Shown here piece after piece: positions 23,850 to 32,184 of a stretch of 32,184 bases of DNA (within the stretch, counting starts at the first letter, position 1; the number at the start of each line of letters is the position of its first letter). This DNA is from Ginglymostoma cirratum. Its lineage: Eukaryota. Made by a program: the position numbers and the translations under genes. The stretch is from positions 772,401-804,584 of the forward strand of contig JAHRHZ010000282.1 of the NCBI GenBank assembly GCA_024137785.1. Direction: 5' to 3'. The notes under the pieces are model-generated. The model was not told the DNA's origin. It did no database searches and worked only from the letters and a program-made list of their open reading frames with translations.

Positions 23850-24495
23850 GATGGTGAAGAATGCAAATTATACGTTGGCTTCATAGTGAGGGGTTCGAGT
23901 GCTGTAAGCCGGGTGTCTTGCTGCAATTTTACAGGGCCTTGGTGAGACCGTATCAGGAGTATTCTGTGCAGGTTTAGATTCCTCATTAGAAAATAAAAGT
24001 TCTGGCTGTTGAGATTTACTGAGCTGATTCCTGTTTTGCCAGGTGTATGAATTGCACCTGAAGCAGTTATGACTGCATTCACATGGGTTCAAAAGAATGC
24101 TAGGGAGAGGGGAGAGATCTCATTGAAACCTATAAAATGCTCATAAGACTTGACAGGGTAAGCACAGGAAGATGTTCCCGATGGCCAGGAGATCAGAACC
24201 AGAGACCACAGCCTGAGGATATGGAGTCGGGCTGAGGACCGAGATTGGTAGAAATTTCCACATGCAGAGAATGGTGACCCAGTAGAATTCTTTGCACGAA
24301 ATGTGGTTGAAGTGCAAGTAATGAAAGTTTTCAAACCGAGTTAGGATTAATGGTATTACCGGGCATAGTTCGAAAGTATGAACAGGTTGTTGAGTTGGCT
24401 GATCAGCAATGATTGTATTGAATGGCACAGCAAGCTCGAAGGTTCAAATGATCTATTCCTATCGCTCTTTTCTATGCTTTTCTTTGTTTCTATGA
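23850..24495 (+). mobile_element. Older CR1 3' fragment
   Basis: Degenerate Y-ALVRP-EY and RGDLIETYKML coding DNA; tail ttctatgcttttctttgtttctatg. Confidence 0.75.
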
Positions 24496-25070
24496 AACAC
24501 ACCTCCACCTGCAATATAAAGAGATACGTTAATTATTGTAATAAAAAAGAAATATGTAGTACAAATAAATTGAGGGAGAGTCTGTTATAGTATTTACCAG
24601 TTCACAATCTTGTGTGATATAAATAATGATATGATACGGCATAGTATTGACTTACACATAATTCGGTAACGAGACTGGATCTATTAGGAATAAAAAGAAA
24701 CACCGTGCAGTGTCACAATAATAAAAATACAGCCAACGTTATTATTGACAGAATTTTGTATGGTCAGTGATGCAAATAGTAGCTGTTGTGAAATGTAAAG
24801 GAACACTTAATACACTGTAGTCATTTTTAAGGAGATGCCGAATATACGATAAACTGATTTCGGAGTTCATGCTACAATAACTGAAGAAAAGGCATCCTGT
24901 ATAAACCATGGAATTCTCAATGCTTTGATGAGCGATCCTGGCTCAGCTGTGAGTCCGTGGTTATCAGAGTTAGGCAGAAATGCGGAGTTGAGGTTACAGT
25001 CAGATCAACCATCACCTTAGCAAACGACTGAGCAGGCTAGAGTGACTGAACGACATGCTTGGATTCCTAC

Positions 25071-25165
25071 AAAAAAACAAAGTTGCTGGAAAAGCTCAGC
25101 AGGTCTTGCAGCATCTGTGAAGAAAAAAACAGAGTTAAAGTTTCGGGCTCAGTGACCCTTCCTCA
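25071..25165 (-). repeat. Dispersed repeat arm (same family as 7215-7318)
   Basis: Near reverse complement of 7215-7318. Confidence 0.75.
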
Positions 25166-26162
25166 TAACTCAGCTTGCTCGGATTTCTAACTCGCTTGGT
25201 TGTTTGTATTTTATCCATTGTTCAAAAGACTTGTGGAGCAATAACAGGGACTTGGTCTCCCACCATAAGTGAGCCAGAGCCAATTCTGACCAAGACTAAC
25301 AAACAGCGGGTGCTGGAGATCAGATATAAAAATAGGAAGACACCGGAAGTCTCTGCAGATCTGCAATATCTATGGAGATAAAGAGAAAAAAGAAATAGAA
25401 TTAACGTTTCCAGTCCAACTTAATTCTCCTGAGAAAACAAAAAGAGGTAGTATAGTAGTAGTTTCCATACTGTTAAACAGGGGAGGGAAGCTGAAACTGA
25501 AGGCATGCTCAACAAATAAAAGGTGGTGATTGAGACTGAAACCAAAGATTTCAATATTCTAACATGTTAGAAACTGTGATAATGGCTGCAAAGACGACAA
25601 ACCATAGATCAAGTGTAAGAATTGACAACAGCGTAGATGTCATCTCTGACAGAAAGCAACATCTTAAAATCTAAGACACTGGTTGAAGAGTAATAACTGT
25701 ATCAAAATGAAAGTCAGAATTTGTGATCTAAATTTATTTAACTGTAAAACCTAAAAACGAAAGATTCAAATAACTTGTCGATTGACCATAGATTCCAGCC
25801 GGCTTTTTTACGTTCTCTTTGGCAAGCACCTGCAATTTAAATAACTCAAGTATGTACAGGACAACTTTTTCCATGCAGTTTTCATCATAATATGAAATAC
25901 GCTTTTTTTTTCTTGGACGCACCTCTTTTATTTGCTGCAACATTTTTTTTAGATAATGAAATATTTGTTTTTGATATACATCTTGTATTTCTTGCTTTGT
26001 TTCTCTCCTGCTCTTTCTGTAACCGTGAAACGTATCGGATAAGAGGTGGCGACGCTGGATCCATGTTTACAAGGCACCTGTGGAAGTCGCTGATAGAACC
26101 ATCATCAGCTTCACGAAAAAAAACTATAACCTGTCATCTCACTAATAATAAGAAATTCGGTC

Positions 26163-26199
26163 ATGGGTGCCATGCATTTATTCTTCCTGCTTACCTCAT
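26163..26199 (+). CDS. Leader exon of intact TCR V segment
   Basis: ATG..MGAMHLFFLLTS+T|GTGAGT, phase 1, in frame with the V exon at 26550 (T|GC = Cys). Confidence 0.75.
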
Positions 26200-26549
26200 G
26201 TGAGTATTTTATAGTCCATTCCAGGAACTGGGTATTATATACCGTCTATATTATCTATATAAAACGATTCTGAAGCGATCTCTAATATGCTACTGGATGT
26301 ATGAAGTTGCGCAAACGTTATCCCTTGAAGAAATTAATCATTGCGGAAGTCAGCATTGAAATTATGGATTTCAAAATATTGTATTGTGACAATTAAATGT
26401 TGCATATTTAAGAAATAACGTGGTTTCATAACAGGAAAAATACACTATGTCTTTTGGCTGTTGTTGATCTACAATTTTTTTGTACAACGGCAGCCCGACC
26501 TCTTTGTTTCTTGTTTACTTGAACATGGATATTTTTCATGTTTCCTCAG

Positions 26550-26841
26550 GCAGTGGCCTTGGAAATGAAGTATTACGATGGCCCATTTCCAGAACAGTCG
26601 AGCTGGGAGAACCAGCGCAGTTTGATTGCAAATTCAACAGCTTGAAGATATCAGACTTTCAATGGTACAAGCTGAATGCAAATGGACGGCTGGAGTGGGT
26701 CATGACCAGCACCGAAAGCGGGAAGAATGTAGTCGGACGATGGGAGATTATGCTTGAAATAACCGAAAGGAGAGGCTACTTCGTGTTCAGAAGAACAACA
26801 ACGTTGGATTCTGTAGTATTTTACTGCGTAATCCAGGCACT
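26550..26841 (+). CDS. T-cell receptor V gene segment exon (TRAV/TRDV-like), intact ORF
   Basis: Acceptor tttcctcag| at 26549. SGLG-NEVLRWPISRTVELGEPAQFDCKF...FQWYK...LEWV...GRW...LDSVVFYCVIQA with Cys23, Trp41 and Cys104, followed by a 23-RSS. Confidence 0.9.
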
Positions 26842-26880
26842 CACAGTGACATTAATAAGAGAGACCACAGTTCAAAAGGC
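26842..26880 (+). other. 23-bp-spacer recombination signal sequence
   Basis: CACAGTG + 23 nt + TCAAAAGGC (6/9 to consensus ACAAAAACC). Confidence 0.88.
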
Positions 26881-28269
26881 TGGTCCTGAAAAACATTCAC
26901 TTTATTTACAAAGATTAAGCATTGCATTACTCATAACGATACATTTCATTGCTAGGTTACCTAACGAAGCTTATCATCATCATTGCCTGCAACTGCCGAT
27001 TTCTGGAATTGTGCTGCAGAGAACGTCTTGCACAGAAACTGTAACTGGTGGATGCTGGTGTTCACTCTCTAAGCAAGTCTCCTCCCGCATTACGTCATCT
27101 AAAACTATTCGTATACTTTTTGTTTCTTTCTCTTTCAAACATTTTATTTAGCTTTATTTAATCATGTCTACGAGAATTACTCAGTTAATCCATGTTTGTA
27201 CCCGTTCTAACAGCTCGGCATATTAATAAATCTCTTGGTGCCTTGTCAATGAATATATTTTCTTTATTCCTTGTCGTTTTCAACGCACATGAAGGTGGAG
27301 CATATATTTCACATCAATACTACAAACTTCTTTCATAATTTTTAATTTATTCTTCAATCATGATGCAAGCCTTGTATATTTACAAGCTAAATTTTGAAAG
27401 TGTCATGTTGATGTAAATGCATGCAAAATCAAATTAATGAGACATTGTACGGTCAGGCAGAAGTGGCTCTGTTGTTGTTGAGCAGATTTCACTTTGATAA
27501 TATGCGTGTGCTGTTATAGTCGATGCTAGACCTGGCAAGTGTTCCTTGTCACCTGAATTATATCTAACAGATGAGACGGTCATGTATAAGGCCATCAATA
27601 ATTGTGAATTGTTCAAGAAGGCATTTCAGAGGGCAGTTATTATTCTATCATGTTTCAATTGCAGTACGATCGAAGATAGACCACACAATGTAGCTGGTGG
27701 ATTGCGTGGCGTAAAATGATAGAAGCAACCAATGAGGAGTAAACAACAAACTGGTCACTTCCTGGGTACTATTGGCAACCACGTTCTCTGTATTTTTGAA
27801 AATAATTCAGATCCATTCATCAGCGGAGTCTATATTTCCCGCCTACTGTATCGTTATTCCATCTCATGATTCTGGCATGTTCATTCCAACATCTGCATCA
27901 CTAGGCCACTAACGTATGCTTTATGTGAACGTGAGAATATTGTCATGATGCAATCACATTTTTTAACCGTATGATCACTTTCATCGCTGAATCAGATGAC
28001 AATTCCTGAACACTGAACTGAACAGCTGGAACTCTGGTACAAAGGGGCTGTTGTCCTGTCAGAAGTGCCAGACTCTCGTCAACTGTTGGGCAAAAATCAA
28101 GCAGACAGGGTGCACAGAAATCTTGTAACTCCGTACAGGAAAAGAGCACGGAAAAACAAAAAGAAACATGGTCTTTCCATTTCATTTTCCAAAGAGAAGT
28201 CAGTCTGTTTCAACATTCTGGAAAGAAGTGTATTATTGTTCATGCTTTGTTTTACGATTGTTAGAAATC

Positions 28270-28635
28270 AAGGTTGATAACATAATAAAGAGTAGGTGTA
28301 GGCCATTGCAAATTTCAAGCATTCTCCATTTCAAATAGGTCATAGTTAATCTATATCAAGGTCAATTTCCTATACTATTCCCATGTTTATTCCCTAGTAT
28401 ATGAATGTCTGTTGATCCCTGCCTTGAATTGATTCTGCTGCTGGTCTCCTACAACCGTCTGAGATATCATAACCTACAGAGTGACAACCATTTAGCGAAA
28501 AAATTCATCTTACTTCTGTCCTAAATGTTGGAACCGTTCTAATACTCTACCCTTGTGTGAGAAACTTTCCTGCTGGGTGAACCACAGCACCAACACCAAT
28601 TTTTCAGCTCCATTAAGAATTCTATGGTGTTTCAA
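28270..28635 (-). mobile_element. Old CR1 3' fragment
   Basis: Degenerate reverse CR1 tail (cataataaagagtaggtgtaggccatt) and C-terminal region. Confidence 0.5.
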
Positions 28636-28639
28636 TTTT

Positions 28640-30255
28640 ACAGGGCATGAATTTTAAAAGAAGTTGATGAAAAGCCAGCTGATCTGCTGATGTTTATATT
28701 CCAAAATTCTTTTGATTCAGGAAATGATCCATTTAACTGGATAGCAACAAATACAAATTTAACAATCAAGAAAAGAGGGAGGCAGAAAATATAAAGATTA
28801 ACTTCTGTCATGGGACGGTGCTGTAATTGATCGTTAATGAGATTGTAGTTTTGCAGAAATTGCTGCAGAAGCTTAGCACATCTGGCAGCATTTGCGGGAA
28901 GAAGGCAGCATTAGCGTTTCAAGTCCAGTGACTATTCATCAAAACTGAGTTATTGTAAAGAATCACCGGACTCAAACCATTGAGTCCATTTCCTCCCCAC
29001 AAATGCTGCCAGACCTGCTCAGTTTCTCCATCAACTTATGTTTTCATTTCAGATGTCCAGCGTCCGCATTTCTTTAATTTGTTATACCTGTGCACTTAGG
29101 CAAGAATCAAAGTACTTGGGAAGATTCAACGTGGTTTCAACAAAAGGAAATTATGTTTAACCATTTGTTTGACTTCATGAAGTAGCAACATGAGTCTTGG
29201 ATAAAAAGAGAACCTGCGGACGTACCACACTCAGACTTTCAGAGGCTAATGCCCAGTAAATCAAAGCTCTTGCTTTAGGGAATAGATATTAGCTTGAATA
29301 AAAGAGTGGCTGGCTGGATGAAAGCAGACCAAAGCATAATTGGGTATTTTTCTAATTGGCAGGATGGGACAAATGGAATCTTGCTGGGTTCTATGTTGGG
29401 ACATCAACGATTTACAATTTAAATACATGACATAGATGAGGGGGGGCAAAGGTATGATAGTTAAGTTCGCAGACAATGCCAAAATGTGCAGGAAAATCTG
29501 AAGTGAACACACTTTCAGAAGTTGCAGAATGGAGAACGACTGAAGAATGCGAAGTTGCAGAGGAATTTAAGTGTTCACGTGCACGAATCAGCATTCAGTT
29601 ACGTGCAGTAATCACGAAGGCAGATGAGATGCTATCTTTTATTGCCGGACGAGGTTGAACATAAAGGTAAGAATGATATAATTTAGTTCTACAGGGCATT
29701 GATGAGACTGTGACAGAAGAACTGTGTGGAGCTTTGGTCTCCATTTTTAATGAAGGTTGTAAATGTAAATGGTTCATGGGAGATTTAGACCTGAAGAGAG
29801 TACAGTTTCTTATCTGGATAGGTTGGAACGGTGAGTTTACAGAGCCATAGAATAATTTCCAGTGAAGCTGATAAAAGTGAGTGGTGACTTGATTTAAGTT
29901 TCCACGTGCCTGAATGATCTTACAAGGTTTACACAGAAAGGATATTTTGACTTCTTGGTCAGTACGTAAATACGGACCACTATTTTCAAATTGGTAGTTA
30001 CTGCTGTAGGACAGAGGCAAGGAGGATTTTATTTCTCAGGTAGTTGTTCAATGTTCGAACTTTGATTCAGGAGATAGCAGAAGCAGAAACACTAAGTACT
30101 TGAAGAAGTAGGCAGACAAATTCTTGTTGGTGAATAGAATCAAAAGTTATCGCTAGGAAATGGGAATGTGGAATTTGAAACGTAAACATATCATCTATGA
30201 TCTTATTAATGCTGATGTCGTATGCTCTGCTGCAGCTTCTATCATATACGATCGT
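28640..30255 (+). mobile_element. Old CR1 LINE fragment (RT region to 3' tail)
   Basis: aagttcgcagacaatgccaaaat (KFADNAK), caacgtggtttcaacaaaaggaaattatgtttaacc (QHGF..GKSCLT-like), 3' tail near 30240. Confidence 0.75.
28853..29075. repeat. Palindromic (foldback) dispersed element nested in CR1
   Basis: Left arm 28853-28937 and right arm 28960-29040 are imperfect inverted repeats (tctggcagcatttg / caaatgctgccaga). Confidence 0.8.
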
Positions 30256-30399
30256 ATTTCATACTAATTCTAACAGTTTGAAGGGAAGTTAATGAATACT
30301 CGAAGGAAATGCATGCTCAAAGCTCCATAAAAAGAGCATGGGGGGTCGATTTTTTTATTCTATATCTAAACAGCTTCTTTTTGTTTACTTTCAATTGAA

Positions 30400-30693
30400 A
30401 CTCTGCTTTATTCTGACGTAGTTCAGCAACCTGCATCAGTGTAGTGCTGGGAAAAAGAACGCATGGTTTTTCCCCGGTTACTGTCTATGGACAGCTGCCG
30501 ACATATCTGCTTTGGTATTGACAAAGAACGGCGAGGCACTGGAGCTTGTAATCAAATGTAAATATGAATGAGAAGGGCAGAGAGCAGAGAGTACGGGGAG
30601 CGGATTCTCTTCATTACGTCTCGCATCAGATTGTTTCTTCAGGTTAAACCTGCAAGGTATACAGCTGGGCAAGAGTGCTCTGAGCTGAATATT
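30400..30693 (+). pseudogene. TCR V pseudogene lacking the YYC motif
   Basis: SDVVQQPASV*CWEKERMVFP/TVYGQLPTYLLWY*Q/NGEALELVIKCKYE*EGQRAESTGSGFSSLRLASDCFFRLNLQGIQLGKSALS, followed by an RSS. Confidence 0.8.
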
Positions 30694-30732
30694 CACAATG
30701 AAACAAATTGATACAGGCTACATGCACAATTT
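30694..30732 (+). other. 23-bp-spacer RSS, variant
   Basis: CACAATG + 23 nt + GCACAATTT. Confidence 0.65.
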
Positions 30733-31359
30733 ATCAGTGAACTGGATTATAACCTCTGTGGTGACAAGTCTACTTATGAAGATTGCTGTGTCATCCGTGG
30801 TGGCACCAGAATTTGAAACCGTCAGTTTCCAGCCTGCGACTGCATCCAGAAATAATGTATCAACCAATACAGAAAGGCATCTGAGAACTATTCAATTTTC
30901 AGCAACGTAGGGAGAAAAAGGCTAAAGGAAATCAATTCTAAATAGAGAGGAAGATAGAGATAAAAGGGCAGCAAAATTTCTTGAAACATAAACAAGCAGA
31001 ACAGATCCTGCAAAGATTAACACTGGTTTCTGAAAAAGACCATCTGCTACACAGAGTCAGAGTAAAATAGACAAAGAGAGAAAACTCTAAAGATGGTGAA
31101 GAATAGAGAGTAAGAGAGAGGGAAAGAACACATCTGATTCAACTTTTTAAAAAAATCTTGTCCTACTTTGTGATTTCAATGTAAATTAATGCAGGTTTTC
31201 AGAGATTAAAAGATATGGAATTGTAAGCGACTGCATTACAAAAACCATATATTTAACATTTCTGCTTAGAAATGAGCAACGAAATAGAGAAAACCATTAA
31301 CAGGTGCACGTCTCTCAAGGTCAGTGACTATGGACCACAATTTCAATGTTGTCAGCAAG

Positions 31360-31590
31360 ACAGCTAGGAGAAATGTATTTACTCAGAGAGTTGTTAAGAT
31401 TTGGAATGTGCTGCCTAGGGAGTGTGGTGGAAGTGGATTCCAGAGGAGGTTTCAAAAGTGAGCTGGGTACATATTTGAAAGTGATGAATTGAGTGAGCTA
31501 TGGGGTAGCTAGGTCACTTTTTCGGGAGCCAGTGCAGACACAATGGGTAGAATAACTTCCTTTTGTACTCTAAAATTCCATTATTCAAAG
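31360..31590 (+). mobile_element. CR1 3' fragment
   Basis: aggagaaatgtatttactcagagagttgttaagatttggaatgtgctgcc (FTQRVV..WN.LP) plus 3' tail. Confidence 0.75.
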
Positions 31591-31944
31591 GTGTGAAATG
31601 TGTATATTTTGAGAAGGAGATGGTAAGCAATTTCCGGGGATTGCTGTAACTCATCACAATATCGCTGTGGCAAAAAAAAAGGTGGAGTTCTTTTATCCGT
31701 TCATTTTAGACCACGATTGAATGGCAGAGTAGACTCGATGGACAGACTGGCCTAATGCTGCTCCTAAATCTTCTTATCTGTTCTGTTAAACTCTAGAAAA
31801 TTTATTCTTTTTAATCGAAACGTACTTGATACATTAATTCCAGACTTTGCAAGACCACTTTTTAAAATTACTCAACGGTTCAAAATTTTTGAACAAATTT
31901 ATTTCATCTACTCTTGTGGAAATAAATTACGTATCGTTCTTCTA

Positions 31945-31983
31945 CCTATCTCTGTCTCTTTCTCTATCTCTCTCTCTCTCTCC
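31945..31983. repeat. Imperfect (CT)n microsatellite
   Basis: Directly visible. Confidence 0.85.
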
Positions 31984-32104
31984 CCACCACAACCCCGCCC
32001 CCCGACCTTGCTCTTTGTATCTCCCTCTGTATCCTTGTACCTTTCCATGTCTGCCCCGTTCTGTCTCATTAATCGGAAAACATATGTCATTCTTTACATG
32101 AGAG

Positions 32105-32184
32105 ATAAAAGGTACTGCAGATGCTGGAGAATCCGAGATAACAAGCATGGGGCTGGATGAACACAGCAGGTCAAGCAGCATCAT
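32105..32184. repeat. Dispersed repeat (actgcagatgctgga... family), runs off the window end
   Basis: Similar to 8783-8812 and 25300-25380. Confidence 0.55.

Noticed and set aside
26881-27151. C-terminal extension of the 223-aa ORF beyond the RSS, with a hydrophobic stretch (LSIALLITIHFIA), suggesting a non-rearranging V-TM receptor
   Set aside because: Read-through past a canonical RSS in germline DNA. The hydrophobic stretch is short and has no supporting features. The N-terminal extension from 26480 is intronic.
27450-27720. Faint V-like words (GSVVVEQ, RPGK, CACAATG)
   Set aside because: No conserved Cys/Trp spacing or nonamer.
27943-28185. 80-aa minus ORF with FR3-like QFSVQELSSDS
   Set aside because: Lacks Trp41, YxC and RSS.
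1-32184. Prokaryotic-type systems (CRISPR arrays, retrons, RT-based defence) suggested by reverse-transcriptase motifs
   Set aside because: The RT motifs belong to vertebrate CR1 LINEs. The DNA has spliceosomal introns and RSSs, and no regularly spaced repeat array.

Overview
Eukaryotic, AT-rich, repeat-dense DNA. The CR1 LINEs with (TTCTATG)n tails, the shark-type SINE and the V/GPCR families point to a cartilaginous fish; this is an inference and the species cannot be determined. The window is part of a T-cell receptor V-segment array, most like TCR alpha/delta. It holds two V segments with intact reading frames and 23-bp-spacer RSSs (5867-6201 minus; 26163-26841 plus). It also holds at least six V pseudogenes or halves in both orientations that the ORF track does not reveal, plus weaker relics. 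No D, J or C segments are recognisable. An intact two-exon class A GPCR of the GPR139/GPR142-like type (14955-15024 + 16312-17213, 323 aa) sits in the middle of the array with V pseudogenes on both sides. The rest is mostly degenerate CR1-type LINEs, SINEs, a palindromic dispersed repeat and microsatellites. The most notable points are the GPCR inside the rearranging array, a V whose signal peptide appears contiguous with the V exon, a two-gene chimeric V pseudogene joined across a LINE, and mixed V orientation.
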